Below are positions 47,666 through 57,750 of a stretch of DNA of 64,000 nucleotides, one piece after another (within the stretch, counting starts at the first letter, position 1; each line of letters begins with the position of its first letter). The stretch is from an uncultured Candidatus Binatia bacterium (GTDB lineage Bacteria > Desulfobacterota > Binatia > Bin18). The translations under genes were made by a program, and so were the position numbers. The notes beneath the pieces were generated by a model. The model was given only the letters and a program-made list of their open reading frames with translations, was not told the DNA's origin and searched no databases. Where the stretch lies: assembly GCA_965214605.1 (NCBI GenBank), contig OZ243961.1, positions 1,280,001 through 1,344,000 on the forward strand, read 5' to 3'.

Positions 47666-48301
47666 TTAGAAAGTGTCAGCGTGTTGCATCACTCCCCCAA
47701 CGGTGAGGGTGATGGTCAGTGGTTTCCGGAGTTGGGCGGGCTCTCCACGACGCGATCTGCGGCGACGGGCACGTCGCCTGCGGCTCTTAGAGGTGTTCCG
47801 TATCTCCAACGTGGAAACGGACAGGAGCCAGTTGCCGTATTCGATCCCGGCCAAAAACTTGGCAACTGCGGATAATTCGCCGCGTAGTGTCACCTGGACC
47901 AGCGCTTTGCGAAAGTCGCCGATTGTCTGCTCTTTCATGACCTGGGTTGTGGCAAGTTCAAGATTGCTTTGGACAGCAAGAGTCTGTATCCGTTCCTGGA
48001 GTCGGGCGGCTGCCAGGGACGATGTCGTCTCCGGAATGAAACGAGTTTGAAGAGTGGTGAACTGCTGACGTAAGGCTTCGACATAGTTCGCAACTTGAGG
48101 GGCACTGTCTTGTCGCTCACGCATGTGGCGGACTCGATCGGCTGCTTGCTCAATGCGCTCCTGCAAACGCTGGACATGGGCTCGATAGGGATTAATCACG
48201 CCAAAACGAATGACAACCAACACCAGAAACGCTCCAGCCGCCCCAGCCAGAAGACGTTCCCGCTTTGATAAATGCTGCCAGAGGTGGACTAGTCGCCGCA
48301 C
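47666..48301 (-). CDS. gspM: T2SS inner-membrane platform protein GspM
   Basis: WQHLSKRERLL + TM + coiled-coil + ferredoxin-like domain; GTG start at 48301. Confidence 0.75.
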   Translation of the reverse strand: MRRLVHLWQHLSKRERLLAGAAGAFLVLVVIRFGVINPYRAHVQRLQERIEQAADRVRHMRERQDSAPQVANYVEALRQQFTTLQTRFIPETTSSLAAARLQERIQTLAVQSNLELATTQVMKEQTIGDFRKALVQVTLRGELSAVAKFLAGIEYGNWLLSVSTLEIRNTSKSRRRRARRRRSRRGEPAQLRKPLTITLTVGGVMQHADTF

Positions 48302-49710
48302 GGGTGGACCACCTGCGCGCCTAGGGTGAAGGTTTCCCCTTGGGCCGTTGTCGTAAACGGGGCCTTGGGAGCAACGTTTTTCAGACACTCGAGTTGGTTG
48401 AGGACCGTCACCAACTCTGACGCGGGCTTGGTCCTTGCCACCCCGCTCAACTCGATGCTTCCAGCTCTATATTGAAAACTGGTGAGATACATATCGGCTG
48501 GGATTGTGTCCGCCAGACGCCGTAGGAGGGGCAGGAGACGTTTATTCATCTCTAAATTGAGGACAGTGATTTGTCCTGCGAGGAGGTCGGCCTCAGATTG
48601 CTGCGCCAGCACCTGATCAATCTCTGGATTGAGCGCTTCGACCTCTTTGGTCAGGACGTTTAGCACGCGGCGGTTTTGGACAATAATGCCAACCGCCCAG
48701 GTAAGACCAAGGATAAAGATGAGACTCACCAAAACCAGGGTCAGGGCTGACAGACGTTTTTCTCGCTGCGCACGACTCGTGAGGGGTAAGACATTGACCC
48801 CGCTTGTCTCCTCCCCCACCGCTTGGACTGCCGCCCCAAGAGCCGGCAGGACAGCTGGGGAAAAACCCGATTCCGGGACTCCGCTAAAACGAGTGGTGGC
48901 GAGAGCGCTGAGATCATGCTCGGTATTAACCGCATAAGGCAGCTGGCCGTTTGTCCCCCAAGCAAAAAGGGGAGTTTCATCGGGGGAGGCACCCGGCAAA
49001 TTCCGCGTGACACCTTGGGCCACCAGATCGCTGAAAACATCCGGCTCAGCGGCGTGTTGGGTGGAAAACAGATGACTGGCCACCAGTTGTTGTCTCTGAA
49101 TAAAACTCAATTCCAGTTTATCGTCTTCTGGTCCGATAACCACACACGAGTTGCTAGCCGCCGGGACGCACGACAGCAAGACGCTGATTCGGGCACAGCT
49201 ACTAATTGTAACCATTTGGGGGCGAAGTTCGACTTCTGAGAACAGGGTCAGAAGGTCATCGACCTCACTTCGAGGCACGCAGAACAGGGCAACTCCGAGA
49301 CGTCTGTCTTCACCACCAACTGGGTAGGTGAGATAATCGTAATAAATCTCTTCTTTTGGAAATGGAAAGAGCCGCTCGACTTCGTAACCAATGACGTTCT
49401 CAAGAGAATCCCGAGCTGCCTCAGGGAGTGTCAAACGGCTGACACTTGCCGTTTGTCTGGGTAGAGACAGGACCACCTGATCTGGGTTGATCTCTGCATC
49501 ATTCAGAAATTCCTTCAGCCCCTGTCGACAGGCATCCAAGCGTTCTCGGCCTGATTCGGGCAGGGAGACCGTCCGCACCTGCCGTACGTTTACCTGCAAG
49601 AAGCGCTTGGCTATGGACACCAAACTCATCTCGCGCGGACCGATCCCAACTCCTAACCCGTCGAGATAATCAATCTTGGCCAGCTGTTGAAATGTAGCAG
49701 TTAGATCCAC
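48289..49710 (-). CDS. gspL: T2SS GspL (PilM-like cytoplasmic domain + PilN-like periplasmic domain)
   Basis: LTLPEAARDSLENVIGYEVERLFPF, VNVLP + TM, IPADMYLTSF..IELSG. Likely GTG start at 49710. Confidence 0.78.
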   Translation of the reverse strand: MDLTATFQQLAKIDYLDGLGVGIGPREMSLVSIAKRFLQVNVRQVRTVSLPESGRERLDACRQGLKEFLNDAEINPDQVVLSLPRQTASVSRLTLPEAARDSLENVIGYEVERLFPFPKEEIYYDYLTYPVGGEDRRLGVALFCVPRSEVDDLLTLFSEVELRPQMVTISSCARISVLLSCVPAASNSCVVIGPEDDKLELSFIQRQQLVASHLFSTQHAAEPDVFSDLVAQGVTRNLPGASPDETPLFAWGTNGQLPYAVNTEHDLSALATTRFSGVPESGFSPAVLPALGAAVQAVGEETSGVNVLPLTSRAQREKRLSALTLVLVSLIFILGLTWAVGIIVQNRRVLNVLTKEVEALNPEIDQVLAQQSEADLLAGQITVLNLEMNKRLLPLLRRLADTIPADMYLTSFQYRAGSIELSGVARTKPASELVTVLNQLECLKNVAPKAPFTTTAQGETFTLGAQVVHPCGD

Positions 49711-49804
49711 CCCACCCCTCACCACCACGTCTTGACGCGAAGAGAGTGTCCGTCGTACTGTCTTCTCCAATCTTCACTCTTCGGGGCAGAGCGGACAAAA
49801 GGCA

Positions 49805-50266
49805 TTAGCTGTTCTCCCAACTGAGAATATCCCCGCCTTCGTCGCTTCCCCCGGCTATGCCATCAGCACCGTAGGAAATAAGATCATAAGCTTCTTGTTC
49901 GCCAGGATTGCGATAGACATACTGATTACCCCACGGATCTTTCGGCACATTTTTTTTGAGATATGGTCCGTCCCAGCGGTCAAGACCGACCGGACGGCGG
50001 CGTAGCGCATCGAGGCCTTCCTGAGAATTTGGATAGCGGCCAACGTCAAGACGAAACATATCGAGCGCGGCGCCCAAGTTTTCAATCTGGGCTCGGGCGG
50101 CGTCTCTTTTTGCCGAATCCACTCGCCCAATATAGTTGGGCGCAACCAGGGCGACTAAGAGTCCGAGAATGACCATTACGACCAACAGTTCAACTAAAGT
50201 GAAACCGGCCCGGGTCAGCCCAACCCGGCCAGCGGAGATACGCCCCCTGGAGTGCCCTTTTCTCAT
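49805..50266 (-). CDS. gspG: T2SS major pseudopilin
   Basis: G|FTLVELLVVMVILG, LDMFRLDVGRYP, WDGPYL, DPWGNQY. Confidence 0.95.
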   Translation of the reverse strand: MRKGHSRGRISAGRVGLTRAGFTLVELLVVMVILGLLVALVAPNYIGRVDSAKRDAARAQIENLGAALDMFRLDVGRYPNSQEGLDALRRRPVGLDRWDGPYLKKNVPKDPWGNQYVYRNPGEQEAYDLISYGADGIAGGSDEGGDILSWENS

Positions 50267-50332
50267 CGTTCATTAGCCCCCTTCACAATAAAAGAATCTG
50301 GCGCGGCTTCACATCCCCAAGAGAGAGAAACA

Positions 50333-51565
50333 TCAGAATGAGACATTATTGACGCTAAACAGGCCTAACAGCATAGCAATGACCACAAAGCCGACAATAA
50401 GCCCCATCGTCAAAATCAACACCGGCTCGACCAATGAGGTCAAACGCCGCAGCTGGTTCCGGGTATCCTTTTCATAATACTCGGCGACCTGTATTAACAT
50501 CTCGTCAAGCTGTCCGGTTTCTTCACCAACACTCACCATCTGCAAGGCCAACGACGGAAAGACACCACTTGCAGCCAAGGGTCCGGCAATACCCTCTCCT
50601 TCTTGAACCCCAACCCGCACGTCTGTGAGGGTACGACTGATAACCCGATTGCCCACCACCTCCTCAACCAGTTCCATCGCCTGGAGGAGAGGCACTCCGC
50701 TTTTGAGCAGAGTGCCAAGTGTCCGGGCAAAGCGGCCAACCTCGCGTTTTTGCAGTAATTGGCCAATGAGCACTATCCTCAGACTCCAACCATCCCACGT
50801 CAAGCGTCCCTGAGGGCTTGCAAGATAGCGCCACAGTCCGGCCCCACAGGCTGCCACACTCAGGGCCAGGAGCCACCAATAGTCACGAATGAAATGACTC
50901 ACCACCAGCAAGAAGCGGGTTGAGGCCGGTAGTGCTTCACCCATATCTTCGAATAACACCGCAAATTTCGGCAACACGAAGGTAAACATAAGGACAATGG
51001 CCGCCCCACCAGCACAAACCAGGATAGTTGGATAGGCCAGCGCGGATTTCACTTCATCCTGCACTTCTTGGGCACGCTCTACATACTCGGCCAAACGCGT
51101 CAAAGCCGTATTGAGAAAGCCCCCTAACTCACCGGCCTTAACCATATTGATATACAGCGGAGGAAAAATTTTTGGATACTCAGCTAGGGCTTCGGCTAAG
51201 GATTTCCCCCGCTGCACGTGGCGCAGGATCTGCTCAATCGCTTGGTGAAATTCGGCCTTTTTGGTCAATCCGGTCACAACCGACAGCGCTCGGTCAAGCG
51301 GGAGGCCGGCAGACAGCAACGCTGCCAGCTCCTGGGTCATTAGTAACAAATCCCGCTGGCGTACTCTACCTCGCCCTGGCAGAGTGGGGAGCGTCGGAGA
51401 CAGACCGGTCAGCTTACCCGCCGTCTGGCTCGGCAGGTCTATCTTTAGGGGCAGATAGCCTTGGTCATGCAAACGCGAAACGACCATTCGCTCTGCGCCG
51501 GCGTCCATGACTCCCTTGATAATTTTCCCTTGGGGGGTTGTCGCCTGATAGTGAAATTGTGGCAT
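50333..51565 (-). CDS. gspF: T2SS inner-membrane protein F
   Basis: LLSAGLPLDRAL, MVKAGELGG, ALAYP, LLKSGVPLL, VGEETGQL, LVEP. Confidence 0.93.
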   Translation of the reverse strand: MPQFHYQATTPQGKIIKGVMDAGAERMVVSRLHDQGYLPLKIDLPSQTAGKLTGLSPTLPTLPGRGRVRQRDLLLMTQELAALLSAGLPLDRALSVVTGLTKKAEFHQAIEQILRHVQRGKSLAEALAEYPKIFPPLYINMVKAGELGGFLNTALTRLAEYVERAQEVQDEVKSALAYPTILVCAGGAAIVLMFTFVLPKFAVLFEDMGEALPASTRFLLVVSHFIRDYWWLLALSVAACGAGLWRYLASPQGRLTWDGWSLRIVLIGQLLQKREVGRFARTLGTLLKSGVPLLQAMELVEEVVGNRVISRTLTDVRVGVQEGEGIAGPLAASGVFPSLALQMVSVGEETGQLDEMLIQVAEYYEKDTRNQLRRLTSLVEPVLILTMGLIVGFVVIAMLLGLFSVNNVSF

Positions 51566-51615
51566 GTGCGTCTTAAAATCTTAGAGGGTAACAAAAATCG
51601 AGTCAAGGAGCAGAC

Positions 51616-51643
51616 TTGACACGATGGGCAGGTGTGTTAGGTT
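51616..51643 (+). promoter_or_regulatory. Promoter upstream of the orphan 5S rRNA
   Basis: TTGACA (51616-51621), 16 bp, TAGGTT (51638-51643). Confidence 0.5.
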
Positions 51644-51662
51644 TGGACCAACATAAAAATTC

Positions 51663-51780
51663 TCCTGGTCTCAATGGCGGAGGGGCCACACCCGTTCCCA
51701 TACCGAACACGGCCGTTAAGCCCTCCAGCGCCGATGGTACTGCCTCCTGTGGAGGTGGGAGAGTAGGACGAGGCCAGGGG
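51663..51780 (+). rRNA. rrf: 5S ribosomal RNA (stand-alone)
   Basis: CCTGG...CACACCCGTTCCCATACCGAACACGGCCGTTAAG...GCCGATGGTACTG...GGGAGAGTAGGACG...CCAGG; helix I ends are complementary. Confidence 0.95.
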
Positions 51781-51805
51781 GTTTTCTTGACCTGACCCAG
51801 GCCAG

Positions 51806-51877
<72 letters not shown>

Positions 51878-51925
51878 CTGCCTTTTTGATACCGCAGCCA
51901 CGACCTTCTACATCCCGGGATCCGT

Positions 51926-52132
51926 ATGGCACCTAGTACGCCGTGCCCAACCTGCCGCAAACCCGCTCCCTGGCAGGCCAACCCCTTTCGCCCTTTTTGC
52001 TCAGAGCGTTGCCGGACTATTGATCTTGGGGCATGGGCCGACGAATCTTACCGCATTCCGGGCGACCCGGCCGAGCCACAAGCGGAATCAGGCAAGTCTG
52101 TCCAACACCACCCGCCCGACAAGCCGCACTAG
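51926..52132 (+). CDS. yacG: DNA gyrase inhibitor YacG
   Basis: [33 protein letters not shown]. Confidence 0.93.
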   Translation: MAPSTPCPTCRKPAPWQANPFRPFCSERCRTIDLGAWADESYRIPGDPAEPQAESGKSVQHHPPDKPH

Positions 52133-52145
52133 TCATTAGTCTCCC

Positions 52146-52949
52146 ATGCCAATCCACCCTACCGCGGTCGTTGATCCTCGAGCAGAGATTGCTCCCGAGG
52201 CCCACATCGGGCCGTATGTCGTGATCGACGGCCCTGTCCGAGTGGGATCCAGAACCCGCGTGCTGGCCCATGCCGTTCTCAGCGGCTGGACAGAAATTGG
52301 TGAGGACAATGTTATTCATATGGGAGCGGTCGTTGGCCATGAGCCACAAGACCTGTCCTACGCCCAGCAACAAACTTTTCTCAAGATCGGTCACCGCAAT
52401 GTCTTTCGGGAGCACAGTCAGGTCCATCGGGGAACGGCCGAAGGCAGTACCACCGTTGTTGGGGACGATAATTACCTGATGCAAAACGCCCACATCGCCC
52501 ATAACTGTCAGATTGGAAATCGGACGATTATTGCCGGCGGCGCCCTCCTCGCCGGCTATGTGCAGGTCGCAGACCGCGCCTTTGTGTCCGGGAACTGTGT
52601 GGTGCACCAATTTGTCCGGATCGGGAGCTTGGCCTTGTTACGGGGGTTATCGCGGACCAGTCGCGATGTTCCACCGTTCTGCATCATGGATGGCACCCAC
52701 ACGGTCAGAGCTCTCAATCGGGTGGGCCTACGTCGGGCCGGTTTCAGCCAAGAGCGAATTCAAGCCTTACACACCGCGTTTGGCCGTCTGTTTCGGCAAA
52801 AAATCAATCCGAAACGTGCGGCTGAGGCCCTACGTCAGGAGCCCTGTACACCAGAGGTGTTGGCCTTGCTCGACTTTATCCAACAGTCTGAACGGGGAGT
52901 CTGTTTTGGTCCGCACCAAGCGCAGCGGGGAGAATCCGCCCCGGGCTGA
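52146..52949 (+). CDS. lpxA: Acyl-ACP--UDP-GlcNAc O-acyltransferase (LpxA or paralog)
   Basis: IHPTAVVDP, hexapeptide repeats, EPQDL, HRGT, AHIAHNC, VHQF, DVPPF, LNRVGLRRAGF. Confidence 0.9.
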   Translation: MPIHPTAVVDPRAEIAPEAHIGPYVVIDGPVRVGSRTRVLAHAVLSGWTEIGEDNVIHMGAVVGHEPQDLSYAQQQTFLKIGHRNVFREHSQVHRGTAEGSTTVVGDDNYLMQNAHIAHNCQIGNRTIIAGGALLAGYVQVADRAFVSGNCVVHQFVRIGSLALLRGLSRTSRDVPPFCIMDGTHTVRALNRVGLRRAGFSQERIQALHTAFGRLFRQKINPKRAAEALRQEPCTPEVLALLDFIQQSERGVCFGPHQAQRGESAPG

Positions 52950-52956
52950 ATCTACA

Positions 52957-53029
52957 AGGCGGCGACCGGATTTGAACCGGTGAATGGCGGTTTTGCAGAC
53001 CGCTCCCTTAACCACTTGGGTACGCCGCC
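52957..53029 (-). tRNA. tRNA-Cys(GCA), CCA not encoded
   Basis: Minus strand GGCGGCG...GCGGT-CTGCAAA-ACCGC...GGTTCAAATCC..CGCCGCC-T. Confidence 0.95.
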
Positions 53030-53100
53030 ATAGGAAAGCAGGCATCGCCGGCCACCCTATCTGTCCTGGCCATGGATTGCAACACCATCACAGGCGTCCC

Positions 53101-53129
53101 TTGACTTCGATTCAGCGGCGACATAGGTA
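53101..53129 (+). promoter_or_regulatory. Putative sigma70 promoter of the pur operon
   Basis: TTGACT-17 bp-TAGGTA; a divergent TTGCAA-17 bp-TAGGGT precedes tRNA-Cys. Confidence 0.45.
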
Positions 53130-53214
53130 CACGGGAGAGTGACACAGACCCTGAAGCCGCCAAACAACGTAGCTCGCTCGCGCTTCAGTTCCCACCTGTC
53201 GTCCTGGTATCAGC

Positions 53215-54513
53215 ATGATTGAACGCTATACCCGCCCGGTTATGGGCCAGATTTGGTCGGAAGAAAACAAATTCGCCAAGTGGCTAGAGGTGGAGCTGTT
53301 GGCCTGCGAAGCCTTAGCAGAGGATGGCCAGATTCCGCGCACGGCGGCGGACCAACTCCGCCAGCGGGCAGCTCTGAATCTTCCCCGCATGCGGGAGATC
53401 GAGGCCGAGGTCAAGCACGATGTCGTTGCTTTTGTGTCTTCTGTTGCCGAACCGCTTGGTGAGCCTGGCAGGTATCTGCACTTGGGCCTGACCTCATCGG
53501 ACGTCATCGACACCGGTTTCGCCGTCCAGCTGTGTGAGGCGACCGACATCTTGCTGGCCGATGTTCAAGCCTTGTTAAGAGTCCTCAAACGGCTCGCCCA
53601 AGAGCACGCCCATACTCTGACAATCGGCCGTACCCATGGCGTCCACGCCGAACCCATCACCTTTGGCCTCAAAGCCGCCCACTGGTATGCTGAGATGTGG
53701 CGCGGCTATACGCGCCTGAGCCAGGCGCGCCAGGACATCGCGTATGGCAAAATCTCAGGTGCGGTTGGGACGTTTGCCAATATTGACCCAGAGATTGAAG
53801 CCTTTGTGTGTCGTCGGCTCGCCCTGCGGCCAGAACCGATTTCCACCCAGATTGTGCCCCGCGACCGTCACGCGGCGTTCTTCTCGACCCTGGCCTTGAC
53901 CGGCAGTTCGCTGGAACGGATTGCGACCGAGGTGCGCCACCTGCAGCGCACCGAAGTCTTAGAAGTCGAAGAACCTTTTAGTCCCGGCCAAAAGGGCTCT
54001 TCAGCCATGCCGCACAAGCGCAACCCGTGGCAGTTGGAAAACGTGTGCGGTTCCGCTCGCCTGCTGCGTGGCTATGCCCTGTCGGCCTTTGAAAATATCT
54101 CTCTGTGGCATGAACGTGATATTAGCCATTCTTCGGTCGAACGGGTCATTGGTCCGGACGCGACCATCTTGCTCGACTTTATGCTCGCCCGACTGACTGG
54201 CATTCTTGACCGGCTGGTCATTCACCCGGATCGGATGCGTGAAAATATGATGACCCTGGGCGAGATGATCTACTCCGAGCATCTCCTGCTGGCTCTGGTC
54301 CGAAAAGGGGTCGCCCGCGATGACGCCTACCGTTGGGTACAGCGTAACGCTATGCAGGTGTGGGAGACGGGTGTCTCCTTTGCCGCTGCGGTGCGCCAAG
54401 ACCCGGACATTGGCGACCTGCTCAGCCCTGCGGAGATTGATCAACTGTTTGATGTCCAACACGCGCTCAGACATGCCCAGACTGTCATTGAACGTGCCTT
54501 GCGCCAATCCTAG
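53215..54513 (+). CDS. purB: Adenylosuccinate lyase
   Basis: MIERY, HLGLTSSD, GRTHGVHAEP, GSSAMPHKRNP. Confidence 0.97.
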   Translation: MIERYTRPVMGQIWSEENKFAKWLEVELLACEALAEDGQIPRTAADQLRQRAALNLPRMREIEAEVKHDVVAFVSSVAEPLGEPGRYLHLGLTSSDVIDTGFAVQLCEATDILLADVQALLRVLKRLAQEHAHTLTIGRTHGVHAEPITFGLKAAHWYAEMWRGYTRLSQARQDIAYGKISGAVGTFANIDPEIEAFVCRRLALRPEPISTQIVPRDRHAAFFSTLALTGSSLERIATEVRHLQRTEVLEVEEPFSPGQKGSSAMPHKRNPWQLENVCGSARLLRGYALSAFENISLWHERDISHSSVERVIGPDATILLDFMLARLTGILDRLVIHPDRMRENMMTLGEMIYSEHLLLALVRKGVARDDAYRWVQRNAMQVWETGVSFAAAVRQDPDIGDLLSPAEIDQLFDVQHALRHAQTVIERALRQS

Positions 54514-54525
54514 GGCAACTTTTAT

Positions 54526-54774
54526 ATGCTGTTGGCAAAAGTCTACGTGACCCCCAAAAAAGCGATTCTCGATCCCCAGGGCAAAGCGATTGCGGCCTCG
54601 CTGCACGCCCTCAACTATACCGAAGTCAGTGATGTGAGGATGGGCAAATACTTGGAAGTCCATCTCGACGATCTGACGCCGGGCCAAGCCCGGCAGCGGG
54701 TTGAGGAAATGTGTCAGCGGCTTTTGGCCAACCGAATCATTGAGGACTTTCGCTTTGAGTTGGTCGAGGAGTAG
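54526..54774 (+). CDS. purS: FGAM synthase subunit PurS
   Basis: ILDPQGKAI, VRMGKY, LLANRIIEDF. Confidence 0.95.
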   Translation: MLLAKVYVTPKKAILDPQGKAIAASLHALNYTEVSDVRMGKYLEVHLDDLTPGQARQRVEEMCQRLLANRIIEDFRFELVEE

Positions 54775-54780
54775 CACATA

Positions 54781-55467
54781 ATGAAGTGGGGGGTGGTCAC
54801 CTTTCCCGGTTCAAACGACGACCGAGACGCGGTGTACTGCCTAGAGACGGTCCTGGAACAACAGGTCGTCTCGTTATGGCACAAGGACCGCGACCTGCAC
54901 GGCGTGGACGCGGTGGTCCTGCCGGGTGGATTTTCGTACGGCGATTATCTGCGCTGCGGTGCCCTGGCCCGCTTCTCCCCGGTCATGCAAAGTATTATCG
55001 CGTTTGCCAAAGCCGGCGGACCGGTTCTGGGGATGTGTAACGGCTTTCAGATTTTGTGCGAGTCGGGGCTCTTACCAGGAGCCTTGGTCCGCAATCAGTC
55101 CCTGCTGTTTATCAGCGACTGGGTCTGGATTCGGGTCGAAAATGCCCGCACGGCGTTTACCTCCACGTGTCGGGCGAGCCAGATTCTACACCTGCCGATT
55201 AAGCACGGCGAGGGATGTTATGTCGCCGACGCACAGACCCTGCAGGCGCTTGAAGACAACGGCCAAATCGTCTTTCGTTATACCACCTCAACAGGTGCCG
55301 TCGAGGCCAGCGCGAACCCCAATGGATCACTGAACAATATCGCGGGGATTACCAATCGGCGGGGCAATGTCGTTGGCCTGATGCCCCATCCTGAACACGC
55401 CGTCGAATCGCTCCTAGGCGGAGAAGACGGTCGCTGGCTGTTCGACCGTGTATGGGAGAGGCGTTGA
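54781..55467 (+). CDS. purQ: FGAM synthase glutaminase subunit
   Basis: [28 protein letters not shown]. Confidence 0.96.
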   Translation: MKWGVVTFPGSNDDRDAVYCLETVLEQQVVSLWHKDRDLHGVDAVVLPGGFSYGDYLRCGALARFSPVMQSIIAFAKAGGPVLGMCNGFQILCESGLLPGALVRNQSLLFISDWVWIRVENARTAFTSTCRASQILHLPIKHGEGCYVADAQTLQALEDNGQIVFRYTTSTGAVEASANPNGSLNNIAGITNRRGNVVGLMPHPEHAVESLLGGEDGRWLFDRVWERR

Positions 55468-55481
55468 ACGCCTGTATAACC

Positions 55482-57704
55482 ATGCCGTCCTACACCACCC
55501 CACCAGTGACGCTCCGACTCGCCCAAGATCATGGCCTGACCGACGCCGAATACGAGCGCATCGTTCAACTGCTGGGTCGTACGCCGAGCTTTGAGGAGTT
55601 GGGAGTCTTTTCGGTCATGTGGTCTGAGCACTGCAGCTATAAAAGCTCCCGGCGATTTTTGCGCCACCTGCCGACCACGGGACCGGCTATTCTCCAGGGT
55701 CCGGGCGAAAACGCGGGAATTGTCGATATTGGTAACGGGCTGGCCGTGGTGTTTAAAATTGAGAGCCACAACCATCCCTCGTTTATCGAGCCCTACCATG
55801 GTGCGGCAACTGGCGTAGGCGGGATTTTACGCGATGTGTTTACTATGGGGGCCCGGCCGATTGCCTCGCTCAACTCGCTGCGTTTTGGCGCTCCCACACA
55901 CCCGCGCACGCCGTATTTAGTGAAAGGGGTAGTGGCCGGTATCGGCGGCTATGGCAACAGTGTCGGCGTGCCGACCGTTGGCGGTGAGGTATACTTTGAC
56001 CCTGGCTATAATGGCAATATTCTGGTCAACGCCTTTACCTTGGGTGTGGTCAAAACCGACCGAATTTTTCGCGCCCGGGCGGCCGGAGCAGGCAACCCCG
56101 TCATCTACGTCGGCTCACGCACTGGCCGAGATGGGATTCATGGGGCCAGTCTGCTCGCCTCACGTGAATTTGACGCGCGTTCAGAAGAACTGCGGCCGGC
56201 CGTGCAGGTCGGCGATCCGTTTACCGAAAACCTATTAATCGAGGCCTGTCTCGAGCTTATGCAGCGGGATTTGATCGTAGCGATCCAGGACATGGGAGCG
56301 GCCGGCTTGACCAGTTCATCGGTCGAAATGGCTGGCCGGGGGGGGACCGGCTTTTTGCTCAATCTAGACGCCGTTCCCACCCGCGAGAACGGGATCAGCC
56401 CCTACGAACTGTTACTGTCAGAGTCCCAAGAACGTATGCTGCTCGTAGCCAAGGCAGGCTGTGAAGAAGAAGTCAGGGCTATTTTCTCTGGCTGGGATTT
56501 ACCCGCCGTTGTTGTCGGCCAGGTTACCGATGACGGCCTGTTCCGAGCCGAGTGGCGGGGTCGAGAGGTGGTCCGTATTCCGGTCTCGGCGCTGACCGCC
56601 GAGGCGCCGGACTACGAGCGTCCGGTCCAAAAACCGGACGATCTCGACCAGCGTCAGGTGCTCAAGCTAGCAAGCCTCCCCCTGCCGAGCGATTACAACG
56701 CCGTTCTGTTACGGCTCCTAGGTTCGCCGAATCTAGCCAGCAAAGAATGGGTGTATCAACAGTACGATACGCTGGTCAGTGGCAATACCGTTGTCCAGCC
56801 CGGCTCGGATGCGGCCGTGCTGCGCATTAAAGGGACCACGACTGGTATCGGCCTGAGCGTCGACTGCAACAGTCGTTACTGTGCCCAAGACCCGTATCGC
56901 GGCGCGCTGATCGCCGTGGCCGAGAGCGCACGCAACCTGGCTGTCAGCGGCGCTCGCCCGCTTGCCCTGTCCGACTGTCTGAATTTCGGCAACCCGGAAA
57001 AACCCGAAGTAATGTGGCAATTCCAGCAGGCCATTGCCGGTATACGGGACGCGTGTCAGGCGCTTGGCCTAGCCGTTGTCAGCGGTAATGTCAGCTTTTA
57101 TAACGAAACTGAAGGTCGGGCTATTCCGCCAACGCCGACTGTTGCCATGGTCGGCATCCTAGCGGATATCAACCAACGGTTGACCCAATGGTTTAAGCGG
57201 CCGGGAGATGTGATCGTCTTGCTCGGCGAGACCCTAGAGGAGCTAGGCGCCAGTGAGTATCTGGCCCTGATTCATCACCGGGTGGCAGGCCGACCCCCTC
57301 AGCTTGACCTCGATCGCGAAAAACGCCTCCACCAGCTGTGTCTCGACGCCAATGCGGAAGACCTGCTGTCTTCGGCCCACGACGTTGCCGAGGGCGGCCT
57401 AGCCGTGGCGCTGGCCGAGGCGTGCATTAGCGGCCCGGCCACTCTCGGTGCTCGGGTACGTCTTTCGGATTCGCTGCGTCTCGACGCTCAACTGTTTGGC
57501 GAAAGCCAGTCCCGAGTACTCGTCTCATTACCCACTGCAAAGCTGGCTCGACTCCAAGCTCTGACCGAGGCAGCCGGCCTGCCGTGCGTCGTTCTAGGCC
57601 AGGTCGGCGGAAGCGTGTTGGAGCTGACCGGGAGTATACGCCTGCCGGTAGCCCAACTCAAACACGAATGGCGGACCGCTCTGGCCCGGCACGTGGAACT
57701 GTGA
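55482..57704 (+). CDS. purL: FGAM synthase subunit PurL
   Basis: [41 protein letters not shown]. Confidence 0.97.
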   Translation: MPSYTTPPVTLRLAQDHGLTDAEYERIVQLLGRTPSFEELGVFSVMWSEHCSYKSSRRFLRHLPTTGPAILQGPGENAGIVDIGNGLAVVFKIESHNHPSFIEPYHGAATGVGGILRDVFTMGARPIASLNSLRFGAPTHPRTPYLVKGVVAGIGGYGNSVGVPTVGGEVYFDPGYNGNILVNAFTLGVVKTDRIFRARAAGAGNPVIYVGSRTGRDGIHGASLLASREFDARSEELRPAVQVGDPFTENLLIEACLELMQRDLIVAIQDMGAAGLTSSSVEMAGRGGTGFLLNLDAVPTRENGISPYELLLSESQERMLLVAKAGCEEEVRAIFSGWDLPAVVVGQVTDDGLFRAEWRGREVVRIPVSALTAEAPDYERPVQKPDDLDQRQVLKLASLPLPSDYNAVLLRLLGSPNLASKEWVYQQYDTLVSGNTVVQPGSDAAVLRIKGTTTGIGLSVDCNSRYCAQDPYRGALIAVAESARNLAVSGARPLALSDCLNFGNPEKPEVMWQFQQAIAGIRDACQALGLAVVSGNVSFYNETEGRAIPPTPTVAMVGILADINQRLTQWFKRPGDVIVLLGETLEELGASEYLALIHHRVAGRPPQLDLDREKRLHQLCLDANAEDLLSSAHDVAEGGLAVALAEACISGPATLGARVRLSDSLRLDAQLFGESQSRVLVSLPTAKLARLQALTEAAGLPCVVLGQVGGSVLELTGSIRLPVAQLKHEWRTALARHVEL

Positions 57705-57750
57705 GGCACGAGGTCTGAGGCGGAGGGCACGCGGGCCGAGAGGAGGTTCC

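Noticed and set aside
53130-53214. Hairpin CTGAAGC...GCTTCAG in the purB leader as a purine/ZTP/PRPP riboswitch
   Set aside because: Conserved aptamer motifs and an expression platform are not evident.
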